Source of the DNA: an uncultured Candidatus Binatia bacterium
GTDB lineage: Bacteria; Desulfobacterota; Binatia; UBA9968; JAJDTQ01
DNA length: 64,000 nt
Assembly (NCBI GenBank): GCA_965242525.1
Contig: OZ251459.1
Span: 192,001 to 256,000, forward strand
Direction: 5' to 3'
In this document: positions 1 to 11,357 of the stretch, piece after piece
Layout: each line of letters opens with the position of its first letter
How positions within the stretch are numbered: position 1 is the stretch's first letter
The notes under the pieces: generated by a model
What the model was told of the DNA's origin: nothing
Seen by the model: the letters and a program-made list of their open reading frames with translations, nothing else
The model's database searches: none
Translations under genes and position numbers: made by a program

Positions 1-366
1 GCGGGCGCGTTCCCGTTCAAGACGCTGCTGGCTGCGGGCGTGAAGATGGCGGGCGGCTCCGACGCCCCCGGGTACTGGCCGGTGGACCCGTTGCGCGACA
101 TCGGCGCCTACGTCTCGCGCCGGACCCTGTGGGGCGAGACCCTCGTGCCGGAGGAGGCCCTGGGCGTGCGCCAAGCCTTCGAGCTGCACACCACCCACGC
201 CGCGTTCGCCGGTTTCGAGGAAGACCGCAAGGGGACCCTGGAAGTGGGCAAGCTCGCCGACATGGCGGTGCTGGCGGAAGACCCCTTCGAGACGCCCCCG
301 GAACGGATCAAGGACCTGAAGGTGGAGATGACGGTGGTGGGCGGCGAGGTCAAGTACCAGGCATGA
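1..366 (+). CDS. Amidohydrolase (YtcJ-like, amidohydro_3), 5'-truncated by the window edge
   Basis: Frame open from base 1; motifs GGSDAP and KGTLEVGKLADMAVL...VEMTVVGGEV are typical of the C-terminus of this family; TGA at 364-366. Confidence 0.85.
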   Translation, partial: AGAFPFKTLLAAGVKMAGGSDAPGYWPVDPLRDIGAYVSRRTLWGETLVPEEALGVRQAFELHTTHAAFAGFEEDRKGTLEVGKLADMAVLAEDPFETPPERIKDLKVEMTVVGGEVKYQA

Positions 367-387
367 TGCGGGAGCGGCGCGGTTCGG

Positions 388-3000
388 TCAGCCGGAGCCT
401 CCGGGAGCGCTCGCCCGGTCCAACGGGAACTCGGCGCTGCCGGCGTGCAGCGTGCGCCTGACGCCTTGGATCACCACGTCCAGAGGCGCCCCGGACTCCT
501 CATCGTCCAGTGAGATGCGCACGCGGGCGCGGGTCAGGTCCAGGGCCAGCCGCCGCCCCCTGTACAGGAACCCCAGCCGCAAACCGGGCAGCTCCTCGGG
601 CAGGCAGGGGTCGAGGCTCAGGGTCTCTCCCATCGTGTCGATGCCGGCGTAGCGGCTCAGCACCAGGTCGTCGATCCCGCCCATGGCCCCCAGGTGGACG
701 CCTTCGGGCGTGGTGCCGCCCTGGATGTCCGCCACGTCGCTCTGCAGCGCCTCCCGGAAGTAGCGCCAGGACGTCCGGGGGTCGGACCGGGCCGTTACCG
801 CGGCGTGGACCACCCGGCTCAGGGTGGAGCCGTGGGAGGTGCGCGCTGTGTAGTAATCCACCGTCCTGCGGATGGTGCCATCGTCCAGGTCGTAACCCAG
901 TTGCCGGAACAGGGCTTGGAGATACTCGGTCCGCAGCAGGTAGAACAGCATGAGCACGTCCGCCTGCTTCGACACCTTGTAGCGGTTGGTGGAGTCGCCC
1001 TCCGCCTCCAGGATGCGGTCCAGCCGCTCGATGTTGCCGTACTTCTCGCGGCAGCCGCGCCAATCGAACTCCTCCAGTTCGTCGTAGCCCTCGAACTGGC
1101 TGACGACGCCCTCGCCGTGGAACGGCACCGTCATCTTCCGGGTCATGTCCCGCCACCGCCGGAGGTCTTCCGGGCCGAGGCCGATCTCGCCGGAGAGTTC
1201 CGCCCGCCGGCCCTCTCCGAGCAGCGCGAGCACGTCCAGGGCCCGTTCCAGCAGCCACGCCACCATCACGTTGGTGTAGGCGTTGTTCCTCAAGCCGCCG
1301 GCGTCCGAGTCCGGATAGCGGTCGTGGTACTCGTCCGGCCCCATCACCCCGGTGATCTCGTAGCGCTGCGCGTCTTCGTTCCACCGGGCGAGGCTGGCCC
1401 AGAAGCGTGCGATCTCCAGGATCATCTCGGCGCCGTAGCGCTCCATGAAGTCCCGGTCCCCGGTGGTGCGCCAGTAGCGCCAGAGGTTGTAGGCGATGGC
1501 GATGTTCACGTGCCGCTGGCGATGGCTGTGGTCCTCCAGCCAGCGCCCGGAAACGGGGTTCAGGTGCAGCTTCTGGGTCTCCTCCGAGCCTTCGCTGCCG
1601 CTCTGCCAGGGGTACATGGCGCCGTCGAGGCCCTCCTCCCGGGCCGCCCTCCGCGCCGCGTCGAGCCGGTGGTAGCGGTACAGCAGCAGGGTCCGGGCGA
1701 TCTCGGGCGTTCGCGCCATGGAGGAGAACAGGATGTAGAGTTCGTCCCAGAAGACGTGGCCCCGGTACGCCTCGCCGTGCAGTCCCCGGGCCGGCGCCCC
1801 CACGTCCAGACCGACGGTGTTGGGAGACATGACCTGCAACAGGTGGAAGAGGTGCAGGCGCAGGATCTTCTGTTCCTCCGGCCGGTCCGGCAACTCCACG
1901 TCGCACCGGCGCCACAGGGAACGCCACGCCTTGGAGTGGGATTCCAGCAACTCGCCGAAGCGGCCGCATTCGGCCACCGCCATGCGGGCGGCGTGCCCGC
2001 ATTCGGCCACGGCCCGGTCCCGGGACGAGTACAGGGCCACCGCCTTCTCCACGGCCACGGCCCGGCCCGGCTCCAGGGCCACCGTGACCTCCTGGGCGAT
2101 GGCTTCCGGTTCCTCGACGGTGCGCCGGCGGTCCTCCGCGAGCCTCTCGTCATGGGATGACGGCCCGTTCGGGTTGCCGTCTTCCTTCGGTTCCTTCTCC
2201 GCCGCTTCGGTCCTCGCCTTTTCCTCGGACGCGGTCGAATCCTCGAAGCTCGGCTCGGATGCCGCGTCCACGGTCTCCCGGTCCGGGCTTCCCGTCGAAT
2301 CCTCGAAACGCTCGAAACTCGGCTCGGAGTCCTCCTCTTTCGGCCGGTACAGCCGCGTGGCCGCGGCCAGCGCCACCCGTATACGCGACTGGCTGGTCTG
2401 GGCCACAAGGTACGTTCCGTCCGGTCCCGCGGCCCCCTTTTCGAGCACTTCCAGGTGCTTCGAGTTGAGGTCTCGGTAACGGGGCACGCCGGAGTTGACC
2501 ACCGCGCCGTCCAGGGCCCACCGAAGGGTGGCGGTCCCGGACCAGTTCTCCGCTTGCAGGGTCATCTCCAGGGCAGCCAGGTGACGCTGCTTCATGTGCA
2601 CGAGCCGCCGGCTCCGGACGGTGGTGACGCGGCCCGCCCGGTCGCGGAACCGCACCCGCCGCGTGAGCACGCCGTTGCGGAAATCCAGCTCCTGCCGGTA
2701 GGCCAGGATCTCCACCGAGGAGAGGTCGAACCAGGGACCGTCCTCCAGGCGAAAGCCGAGGCACAACCAGTTGGGCAGGTTCACCAAGTCTTCGTTCACC
2801 ACCACCCGGCCCCCCACCGCGGTTTCCAGCCGGTTGTAGCACCCCGCCAGATAGGTCCCGGGGTAGTGGACGTGGTCGGCCCGGGCCTCCTCCGCGGCCC
2901 CGCGGGCGGCGAAGTACCCGTTGCCGAGGGTGCACAGGGCCTCCCGCAAGCCCTGCCGGCCCGGGTCGAAGCCGTCGTATGCCAAAGTCCATTCACTCAC
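388..3000 (-). CDS. Glycoside hydrolase family 65 (trehalose/maltose/kojibiose phosphorylase-like), ~870 aa
   Basis: GH65 motifs EALCTLGNGY, ARGLHGEAYRGHVFWDE, GPDEYH (catalytic Glu), KQADVLM, HGSTLS. The likely start is GTG at 3000, overlapping the upstream stop (GTGA); the first 311 codons of the 1181-aa ORF are a shadow of the upstream gene. Confidence 0.92.
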   Translation of the reverse strand: MSEWTLAYDGFDPGRQGLREALCTLGNGYFAARGAAEEARADHVHYPGTYLAGCYNRLETAVGGRVVVNEDLVNLPNWLCLGFRLEDGPWFDLSSVEILAYRQELDFRNGVLTRRVRFRDRAGRVTTVRSRRLVHMKQRHLAALEMTLQAENWSGTATLRWALDGAVVNSGVPRYRDLNSKHLEVLEKGAAGPDGTYLVAQTSQSRIRVALAAATRLYRPKEEDSEPSFERFEDSTGSPDRETVDAASEPSFEDSTASEEKARTEAAEKEPKEDGNPNGPSSHDERLAEDRRRTVEEPEAIAQEVTVALEPGRAVAVEKAVALYSSRDRAVAECGHAARMAVAECGRFGELLESHSKAWRSLWRRCDVELPDRPEEQKILRLHLFHLLQVMSPNTVGLDVGAPARGLHGEAYRGHVFWDELYILFSSMARTPEIARTLLLYRYHRLDAARRAAREEGLDGAMYPWQSGSEGSEETQKLHLNPVSGRWLEDHSHRQRHVNIAIAYNLWRYWRTTGDRDFMERYGAEMILEIARFWASLARWNEDAQRYEITGVMGPDEYHDRYPDSDAGGLRNNAYTNVMVAWLLERALDVLALLGEGRRAELSGEIGLGPEDLRRWRDMTRKMTVPFHGEGVVSQFEGYDELEEFDWRGCREKYGNIERLDRILEAEGDSTNRYKVSKQADVLMLFYLLRTEYLQALFRQLGYDLDDGTIRRTVDYYTARTSHGSTLSRVVHAAVTARSDPRTSWRYFREALQSDVADIQGGTTPEGVHLGAMGGIDDLVLSRYAGIDTMGETLSLDPCLPEELPGLRLGFLYRGRRLALDLTRARVRISLDDEESGAPLDVVIQGVRRTLHAGSAEFPLDRASAPGGSG

Positions 3001-4139
3001 GGGTGAAGCCCAAGCCCCTGGAGGACGCCGCCCCGGATGGTGTGGCGGGCGGCGATGCGGCGTTCCGCGGTCCGCCGGTTGCCCACGCTGTCCTGCAGGG
3101 TCGTCTCCTCGTCCACCAGTTCCAGCACCGCCACGTCCGCCTCGCGGCCGACTTCGAGGACGCCGAGCCGGTCTTCCCAGCCCATGGCCCGGGCCGGGTT
3201 GACGGTGCAGTCGGCCACCACCTCGTCGAGGCTCAGGCCCAGGGTCAGGAACTTGGTCATGGTGGTGGGCAGGTCCACCACGTGGCCCGCGCCGCTGCGG
3301 CTGTGGAGGTCGGTGCTGATGACGTCCGGAGCCAGTCCCTGGTCCATGGCCCGGGCCACCAGGTCGAAGTCGAAGTGCCCGTTGGCGTGGGCCACGTCGA
3401 AGACCACGCCCCGGCGCCGGGCCTCCAGCACGGCCGGGCGGAGCCGGCCGGACGGCTCCACGATGGCCGGCTGCTTGGGCGTGTAGCAATGGGTCACGAT
3501 GTCCCCCGGCCGCAGCGTTTCGACGATCTCTTCCATGGAGACGCCGGTGTTGCCCACGTGGACCATGACCGGGGACCGGCAGGCTTCCCCCGCTTGGACC
3601 GCCAGGCCCAGGGCCTCCCGGCCGTTCCGCCCCACCGATGTCACGTGCAGCCGGACCTTGATGCCCACCGCCACGTCGGGGTTCTCCCGCACGGTGCGCG
3701 CGGCCCCTTCGGGGTCCGCGAAGGCGATGTTCTCCAGCTCCCCGGGGACGCTCAGGACCCCGTGCTGGGCCAGCGCCACGAAGGACAGCATGCGGGTGCG
3801 GGAGCGTTGGTGCACCAGGCGCCGGAAACCCGGGAAGTTCACCGGTCCCGCGGAGCCCGCGTCCGCGGCGGTGGTCACGCCGGTGGCGCGGCACACGGGG
3901 TCCGCGTCGAAGCCGTAGGGGTTGACGCCCCAATAGCTGTGCACGTGGAGGTCGATGAGGCCGGGGGTCACGAAGCAGCCCTCGGCGTCGATGACCTGCC
4001 CGGCGCCCTCGGGGGACAGCCCCGCCTGCATGGCCGCGATGCGGCCGCGGGAGATGCCCACGTCGAGCCGCCGCCGAGTCCCCTGCACCGGGTCCAGCAC
4101 CGTCCCGTTGACCAGCACCAGGTCGAATGCCCCGCTCAC
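2997..4139 (-). CDS. Amidohydrolase/deacetylase-family metallohydrolase (dihydroorotase-like)
   Basis: PGLIDLHVH metal motif, GVTTAADAGSAG, GIKVR, MVHVG, DIVTHCY, ISTDLH. Confidence 0.88.
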   Translation of the reverse strand: MSGAFDLVLVNGTVLDPVQGTRRRLDVGISRGRIAAMQAGLSPEGAGQVIDAEGCFVTPGLIDLHVHSYWGVNPYGFDADPVCRATGVTTAADAGSAGPVNFPGFRRLVHQRSRTRMLSFVALAQHGVLSVPGELENIAFADPEGAARTVRENPDVAVGIKVRLHVTSVGRNGREALGLAVQAGEACRSPVMVHVGNTGVSMEEIVETLRPGDIVTHCYTPKQPAIVEPSGRLRPAVLEARRRGVVFDVAHANGHFDFDLVARAMDQGLAPDVISTDLHSRSGAGHVVDLPTTMTKFLTLGLSLDEVVADCTVNPARAMGWEDRLGVLEVGREADVAVLELVDEETTLQDSVGNRRTAERRIAARHTIRGGVLQGLGLHP

Positions 4140-4215
4140 GCCGAAGGCCCCCTCGCGTGGGTCCCCTTCACGCGGGTCCGTTCCCGTGTCGGTCCGCTCC
4201 CGCGCCGTCCGGCCC

Positions 4216-5259
4216 TCATGACGCGGGCCGGTCCTCCGACAGGCCGTAGAACCGCGCGGGGTTGTCGTGCAGGATCCGGTCGATGACGCGGGGCTCCAAT
4301 TCGCCCTTCTCCTTGAGGCCCTTGAGGGCGAGCAACTCGCTGGCGTTGTCGGCGTGGCCGTAGTCCGAGCCGATCATGATCATGTCCTCGCCCGCGTGCC
4401 GGATCACGTAGGGCAGGTCGTCGTCGGTCTGGCAGGCCACGTAGATCCGGTTGGCCCGGAGCAGGTCGCCGTCGGGCTCGACCCCGCGCTTGCGCTGCCG
4501 CAGGGCGATGTCCTTGACCACGTGGGGGATCCATTGGGCGGCGACCTCGATGGCGCCGATGCGGAGTCCCGGGAAACGCCGGGGGACGCCGCGCATCACC
4601 AGGGCGTGGACCGCGCCGATGACCGTGAGCTTGGCGGTGCGGAACGGGTCGTTGCCGAAGGCCTCCGCCACCGCGGCGTTGCCGATGCCCGAGTGGACGC
4701 CGATGGGCACGTCCAGGCGGGCGGCCTCGTCGTAGAGCGGGAAGAAGTAGGGGTGGTGCAGCGGGTGACGGGTCTCCAGGCCGCGCATGGACACGGTGCA
4801 GGCGCCGTGGTCCGCGGCCCAGCGCAACTCGTCCAGGGCCTCCTCCATGCTCGACAGCGGCAGTTGCGCCGCCCAGCGCAGCCGCCCCTTGCCCGCGGCC
4901 CAGATGTCCCCGAGCCAGCGGTTGTACGAGCGGCACAGGGCCAACTCCACGTCGGCGCGGTCGGTGACGGGCCGCAGGAACAGGGTAGGGTAGAGCACCT
5001 GGACGTCGGTGCCGATCTCGTCCATGTGCCTGAGGCGGGCGTTGATGTCGGCCATGTCCCGGGATTCCCTGGGCGTGTCCAGGCCCACGTTGTCGCGCCC
5101 GCCGATGAGCCTGCCGTTGATGACCCAGTAGTCGCGGGTCCCGCCCTCGGGCAGGTCCACGGACACCGGAACCGGGCGGAACCGCTTGTCGCGCCCGGTG
5201 AGGTAGTCCCATGTGTGTTCGGTCTCGATGACGTGTGCGTCAGCGTCGATGGCCAGCAT
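4216..5259 (-). CDS. Amidohydrolase_2 family protein (LigW/ACMSD-like hydrolase or decarboxylase)
   Basis: IDADAH N-terminal motif, VLYPT, YNRWL, PIGVH, IGSDYGH; GGAGG-type RBS upstream. Confidence 0.88.
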   Translation of the reverse strand: MLAIDADAHVIETEHTWDYLTGRDKRFRPVPVSVDLPEGGTRDYWVINGRLIGGRDNVGLDTPRESRDMADINARLRHMDEIGTDVQVLYPTLFLRPVTDRADVELALCRSYNRWLGDIWAAGKGRLRWAAQLPLSSMEEALDELRWAADHGACTVSMRGLETRHPLHHPYFFPLYDEAARLDVPIGVHSGIGNAAVAEAFGNDPFRTAKLTVIGAVHALVMRGVPRRFPGLRIGAIEVAAQWIPHVVKDIALRQRKRGVEPDGDLLRANRIYVACQTDDDLPYVIRHAGEDMIMIGSDYGHADNASELLALKGLKEKGELEPRVIDRILHDNPARFYGLSEDRPAS

Positions 5260-5405
5260 GTCGTCCGTCCTCCACTCTGTGGCTCCGGCGCCGCCGCGGC
5301 CATGCGGCGGCGTCCGGCGCGTCCCTCCATGACCGCCTTCGCCCGCGGCCCGTCCGGGGTTCCTCCATCACGACCTCTCCCCGGGCGCCCGGGCGCGTCA
5401 TCGGG

Positions 5406-6497
5406 TCAGATGCCGTAGAAGGCCCTGGGGTTGTCCTGGGTGATCCGGGCCACCGTGGAATGGGAGATCTCGCCCTTGTCGGCGCGCTCCTTCAGGAGGC
5501 TGAGGAAGTCCATCTCCTGGGCGGAATCGTTGTGGGTGTAGTCCGAGCCCACGAGGAGTTGGCCGTCTCCCGTATGCCGGATGAGGTAGTCCAGGTCCTC
5601 GTCCACCTGGCACGATACGTACATGCGGTTCCGCCGCAGGAGGTCCTCCGGCAACTCCTCGACCTCCATGGTGGAGCGCAGCACGCTCGTGGGCCTCTCC
5701 CTGTTCTTCTCCAGCCGGCGGCGGATCTCGTACAGCACGAAGGGCACCCACGAGGCGGTGGCCTCGATGAACCCGAAGCGCAGGGCGGGGAAGCGCTCCG
5801 GCACCCCGTGGACGATCAGGGACTGGAACGCGTGCACCACCGGCAGCAGTATGCGGTAGAAGCGGCTGAAGGTGAACTCGCGCGCGGGGGTGAAGTCCGG
5901 CACGCCCGAGCCCGTGTGGAAGCAGATGGGCATGTCGAGTCCCTGGGCCTCTTCGTACAACGGAAAGAAGTAGGGGTCGTTGGCCCACAGCCCGGCCTCC
6001 CGGTCGCCCTTCTTGAGCACCCCGCAGGCGCCGTGCTCCCTGGCGAAGCGCAGCTCGTCCGGGGCCGCGTCCATGGTCAGCGTGGGCGGCAGCGCCACCC
6101 AGCGCAACCGCCCGTCGGACCGGGCCCAGCGCTCGGCCATCCACCGGTTGTAGCTGCGCCGAAGCGCCAGCTCGACTTCCGGCTTGTCGGTGAACTCCAC
6201 CAGGAACAGGGTGGGGTACATGACCTGGAAATCTACTCCCATGCGGTCCATGTCCTCCAGGCGCCTCTCCACGTCCTTCAGCTCCCGGGCGCCCTCGGTG
6301 GTGTGGGTCTCCTCGTCCCTGCGCACGAAGCGGATCTGCCGCTTGCCGTCGATGATCCAGTAGCGCATCTGCGCGTTGCTGGCGTCCTGGTTCCTGGGGT
6401 AGGCGGTGACGGGCCTGAACGCCTGGTCGCCGTCGGGCATGAACGCCCAGGTATCCTCGGTCTCGTCCACATGGGTATCGGCGTCGATGACGGGCAT
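5406..6497 (-). CDS. Amidohydrolase_2 family protein (paralog of the adjacent gene)
   Basis: Start reassigned to ATG 6497 (MPVIDADTH) with GGAGGAGG RBS; VMYPTLFL, YNRW, PICFH, VGSDYTH. Confidence 0.88.
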   Translation of the reverse strand: MPVIDADTHVDETEDTWAFMPDGDQAFRPVTAYPRNQDASNAQMRYWIIDGKRQIRFVRRDEETHTTEGARELKDVERRLEDMDRMGVDFQVMYPTLFLVEFTDKPEVELALRRSYNRWMAERWARSDGRLRWVALPPTLTMDAAPDELRFAREHGACGVLKKGDREAGLWANDPYFFPLYEEAQGLDMPICFHTGSGVPDFTPAREFTFSRFYRILLPVVHAFQSLIVHGVPERFPALRFGFIEATASWVPFVLYEIRRRLEKNRERPTSVLRSTMEVEELPEDLLRRNRMYVSCQVDEDLDYLIRHTGDGQLLVGSDYTHNDSAQEMDFLSLLKERADKGEISHSTVARITQDNPRAFYGI

Positions 6498-6579
6498 GAC
6501 CTCCTCCGGGTCCGGCGCAAGAACGTAGAACGGAGTCGAACGTGGAAAGGAGTCGATTACCAGAACCGGGCAGGCTTGG

Positions 6580-7017
6580 CTAGGCACTGCCGCGGGGCCG
6601 GAACTTGGGCAGGCTGATCTCGCTGCTGGCCGGGTCGAAGACCACTTCCACGGCCATGCCGATCTCCACCCGGTCCACCGGGCACTGCACGATGTTGGTG
6701 TAGAACCGGGGTCCCTCCTCCAGATCGACCCAGGCGATGACGTAGGGGATGTCCTTCTCGAAGGCCCGGGCGCCCCGCCCGGCCAACTGGCGGATGACGG
6801 TAAAGGAATAGACCGAGCCGCGGCCGCCGAGCTCCTGCCAGTCGAGTTCCGGGCTGCCGCATTCCGTGCACGCGGGACGGGGGCACCACACGTACTCCCG
6901 GCACGTCCGGCAGCGCTGCATCACCAGCCGGCCCTCCCGGGCCGCCTGCCAGAAAGGCGCGGTGAGTTCGGTGACCTCGGGCAGGGGCCGCCGGGGTTGC
7001 CGTTCCGTTTCAGCCAT
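6580..7017 (-). CDS. Zn-ribbon/OB-fold protein (DUF35, ChsH2-like)
   Basis: PFWQAAREGRLVMQRCRTC...PRPACTECGS (two CxxC), GSVYSFTVI, PYVIAWVDLEEG; overlaps the thiolase stop. Confidence 0.92.
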   Translation of the reverse strand: MAETERQPRRPLPEVTELTAPFWQAAREGRLVMQRCRTCREYVWCPRPACTECGSPELDWQELGGRGSVYSFTVIRQLAGRGARAFEKDIPYVIAWVDLEEGPRFYTNIVQCPVDRVEIGMAVEVVFDPASSEISLPKFRPRGSA

Positions 7018-8206
7018 GTTGGTTGCCCAGCAGGGCCACGGCCGTGGACCCCAGGTTCTTCCCGTAGGGGAGGCCGCCGAGGCCGGTGACCAGGCCCGTG
7101 CGCGCGTCGGCCACCTGCCTCTCGCCGCCGTCGCCCCGCAGTTGGGTCACCGCCTCCAGGATGTGGACCATGCCGCCCGCGGTGGACGGCTGCCCGCAGT
7201 TGATCATGCCGCCGCCGGTCTGGAGGGGCAGGACGCCCTTGCAGGAGAAGTCGGTGGTCTCGAAGTACCGGACGTCGCCCTTCTCGCAGAAGCCCAGGTC
7301 CTCCACCTGCATCAGCTCGATGATCACGTAGTCGTCGTAGATCTCGGCGAAGTCCACGTCGGCGCGGGCGGCGCCGGCCATGGCGAAGGCCCGGGCGCCG
7401 GCGTCCTTCACCCCCATCACCAGCGCGTCCGAGTGGCTCCGGGGGCCGTAGCTCGGGTTGTCCTGCTCGCCGAAGCCCATGAGATAGACCGGCTTCCGGC
7501 GCTGCCGGGCGCGGGCTTCGGCCGCGGACGCCAGGATGAACGCCTTGCCGCCGTTGGCGGGCATGACGCAGTCCAGCAGGCGCACGGGGTCGGCCACCAG
7601 CCGGGATTCCTTGTATTCGTCGAGGGTGAGGGGCTTCCTGAGGTAGGCGTTGGGGTTCAGCGACGCGTGGTAGCGGGCGGTGACGGCGATGTTGCCCAGC
7701 GCGTCCAGGGTGGTGCCGTACTCGTGCATGTGCCGCCGCATCACCAGCGCGATGGCGCTGTTGGCGCCCATGAGGCCGTAGGGGACCTCGAAGTCCCGGT
7801 TGTCCCGGGGCTCGACCCCGGGATGGTTCTCCACGAACGCCGCAGACGCGGCCACGCACAGCACCCGTTCCACCAGCCCGCTGTGGATGGCCGCGGCCGC
7901 CTGGCCCAGGGCGGACACCGCGCTGGCGCCGCCGTTGGCCGAGGCCAGGGACAGGGCCGGGGCGACGCCCAGTATGGCCGCGGCCTCCTCCGGCCAGAAG
8001 GGTTGCAGGTAGTTGGTGGTGTAGATGGCGGCGAGCCCCTGGCCGTCGAAGTCCTTGCGTTCGAGCCCGGCGTCCTCCATGGCCAAGCGCGCGGCCCAGG
8101 CCAAGTACTCCGGGATGGTCCTGCGCCGCTCGCCCGGACGCCGCCCCAGGCGGTCCACCGGAGTCTCGCCGATGCCGATGACGGCCGTGCTGCCGCGAAT
8201 GCTCAT
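7010..8206 (-). CDS. Thiolase-fold protein (SCP-x/Ltp2-like)
   Basis: AVIGIGET, HASLNPNA, VRLLDC, AEIYDDY, EDLGFCEKG, QTGGG, EAVTQLRG. Confidence 0.9.
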   Translation of the reverse strand: MSIRGSTAVIGIGETPVDRLGRRPGERRRTIPEYLAWAARLAMEDAGLERKDFDGQGLAAIYTTNYLQPFWPEEAAAILGVAPALSLASANGGASAVSALGQAAAAIHSGLVERVLCVAASAAFVENHPGVEPRDNRDFEVPYGLMGANSAIALVMRRHMHEYGTTLDALGNIAVTARYHASLNPNAYLRKPLTLDEYKESRLVADPVRLLDCVMPANGGKAFILASAAEARARQRRKPVYLMGFGEQDNPSYGPRSHSDALVMGVKDAGARAFAMAGAARADVDFAEIYDDYVIIELMQVEDLGFCEKGDVRYFETTDFSCKGVLPLQTGGGMINCGQPSTAGGMVHILEAVTQLRGDGGERQVADARTGLVTGLGGLPYGKNLGSTAVALLGNQHG

Positions 8207-8248
8207 GGGGTAGAAGGACTGCGCGCCGCCGTGCGCGCGGGTTCCCGA

Positions 8249-8276
8249 ATCATACGCGACTTTGCTTTCGCGTCAA
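8249..8276 (-). promoter_or_regulatory. Putative sigma70 promoter for the thiolase operon
   Basis: Minus strand TTGACG (8276-8271), 16-bp spacer, TATGAT (8254-8249). Confidence 0.55.
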
Positions 8277-8291
8277 GGGTTCGACTATAAT
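8262..8291 (+). promoter_or_regulatory. Putative sigma70 promoter for fumarase
   Basis: TTGCTT (8262-8267), 18-bp spacer, TATAAT (8286-8291). Confidence 0.55.
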
Positions 8292-8378
8292 TTCTCCCGC
8301 GGCCGTACGCCGCCCGGGGCATGGCCCCGCGGCGGGTCCACCGCGCGGGCGCGACCGCCATCGAGGAGATTGCCACCC

Positions 8379-9992
8379 ATGTCGGAGTTCAGGTTTCAGC
8401 CCATTTTCGAGCTCGGCGAGGACGCCACCGAGTACCGGAGCCTGGGAACGGAGGGCGTGTCGGAGGCGAGGGTGGACGGCCGCTCCCTCCTGAAGGTGGA
8501 CCCGGCGGTGCTGCGCAGGCTCACGGCCGAGGCCATCCGCGACGTCTCCCACCTGTTCCGGCCGAGCCACTTGGCGAAGCTGCGGGCCATACTCGACGAC
8601 CCCGAGGCCTCGAAGAACGACCGCTTCGTGGCGCTCCAGCAACTCAAGAACGCCAACATCGCCGCGGGCGGCGTCCTGCCCGCGTGCCAGGACACGGGCA
8701 CCGCCATCGTCATCGGCAAGAAGGGGGAGGACGTCTTCACCGGCGCCAACGACGAGCAAGCCTTCTCCGCCGGCGTCTTCGACGTCTATACGGGCACGAA
8801 CCTGCGCTATTCGCAGCTCGCGCCCCTGACCCTGTACGAGGAACGGAACACCGGCACCAACCTGCCGGCGCAGGTGGAGATCCACGCGGCCCCCGGAGAC
8901 GCCTACGAGATCCTCTTCATCACCAAAGGAGGGGGCTCCGCCAACAAGACGTTCCTGTACCAGCAGACCCCGGCCCTGTTGAACGAAGCGTCCCTGGCGG
9001 CGTTCCTGGAGGAGCAGATCAAGACCATCGGCACCGCGGCCTGTCCGCCGTACTACCTTGCCATCGTCGTGGGCGGCACTTCGGCCGAGTTCACCCTGAA
9101 GACTGTGAAGCTGGCGAGTTGCCGCTACCTGGATGGGCTTCCCACCACCGGGAACGAGTACGGCCGGGCGTTCCGGGACCTGGAGCTGGAGGCCAGGGTC
9201 CAGGACATGAGCCACAGGATGGGCGTGGGCGCCCAGTTCGGCGGCAAGTACTTCACCCATGAGGTGCGGGTGGTCCGCTTGCCCCGGCACGGCGCTTCCT
9301 GTCCCGTGGGTATCGGCGTCTCGTGCTCCGCGGACCGGCAGGCCAGGGCCAAGATCACCCGGGACGGGGTGTTCCTGGAGCGGCTGGAGACCGACCCCGC
9401 CAGGTACCTGCCGGACTTCCACGAGGAGGACGATGCGGACACGGTGGTGCGCATCGACCTGGGCCGGCCCATGGACGAGATCCGCGGCGCCCTTTCCAGG
9501 CATCCGGTCAAGACCCGGCTGTCCCTGAACGGCGTCATCGTGGTGGCCCGGGACCTGGCCCACGCAAGACTGAAGGAGCGGCTGGATGCGGGCGAGCCGT
9601 TGCCGGACTACTTCAAGGACCACGTCATCTACTACGCCGGACCGGCCAAGACCCCCGAAGGGTACGCCTCCGGGTCGTTCGGCCCCACCACCGCCGGACG
9701 CATGGACTCCTACGTGGAGTTGTTCCAGTCCCACGGCGGCAGTCTGGTCTCCCTCGCCAAGGGCAACCGGTCGCGGCAGGTGACCGAGGCGTGCAAGAAG
9801 CACGGGGGGTTCTACCTGGGCTCCATCGGCGGCCCCGCGGCGGTGCTGGCCAGGGACCACATCAAGCGCGTGGAGGTGCTCGACTATCCCGAGTTGGGCA
9901 TGGAGGCGGTGTGGAAGATCGACGTGGAGGACTTCCCGGCCTTCATCGTCGTGGACGACAAGGGCAACGACTTCTTCTCCGACCTGCGGTAG
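8379..9992 (+). CDS. fumA: Class I fumarate hydratase (Fe-S)
   Basis: [58 protein letters not shown]; ATG 8379 with GAGGAG RBS. Confidence 0.95.
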   Translation: MSEFRFQPIFELGEDATEYRSLGTEGVSEARVDGRSLLKVDPAVLRRLTAEAIRDVSHLFRPSHLAKLRAILDDPEASKNDRFVALQQLKNANIAAGGVLPACQDTGTAIVIGKKGEDVFTGANDEQAFSAGVFDVYTGTNLRYSQLAPLTLYEERNTGTNLPAQVEIHAAPGDAYEILFITKGGGSANKTFLYQQTPALLNEASLAAFLEEQIKTIGTAACPPYYLAIVVGGTSAEFTLKTVKLASCRYLDGLPTTGNEYGRAFRDLELEARVQDMSHRMGVGAQFGGKYFTHEVRVVRLPRHGASCPVGIGVSCSADRQARAKITRDGVFLERLETDPARYLPDFHEEDDADTVVRIDLGRPMDEIRGALSRHPVKTRLSLNGVIVVARDLAHARLKERLDAGEPLPDYFKDHVIYYAGPAKTPEGYASGSFGPTTAGRMDSYVELFQSHGGSLVSLAKGNRSRQVTEACKKHGGFYLGSIGGPAAVLARDHIKRVEVLDYPELGMEAVWKIDVEDFPAFIVVDDKGNDFFSDLR

Positions 9993-10002
9993 CGAGGGTC
10001 AG

Positions 10003-10098
10003 GCCGTCGTTCCCGCGGACATCCCCTGCCATTCCCGCGGACGCCCATGCCATTCCCGCGTATCCCCACTCCGTCATTCCCGCGAAAGCGGGAATCCA
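10003..10098. repeat. REP-like palindrome cluster (left)
   Basis: Three degenerate (g)yc(a/g)TTCCCGCG units followed by a full GTCATTCCCGCGAAAGCGGGAATCCA hairpin (10073-10098), between the convergent fumA and ROK genes. Confidence 0.85.
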
Positions 10099-10136
10099 TC
10101 CCTTCTTCTACCCCTTCCGTTGCTCAGTTCCGTTAC

Positions 10137-11357
<1,221 letters not shown>

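Noticed and set aside
3001-3933. N-terminal 311 aa of the 1181-aa ORF (apparent GH65 fusion)
   Set aside because: Out-of-frame overlap with the amidohydrolase gene; GH65 similarity begins at GTG 3000.
10003-10098. Possible mini-CRISPR array
   Set aside because: Units are degenerate with only ~10-nt spacers and no cas genes; fits REP-type repeats.
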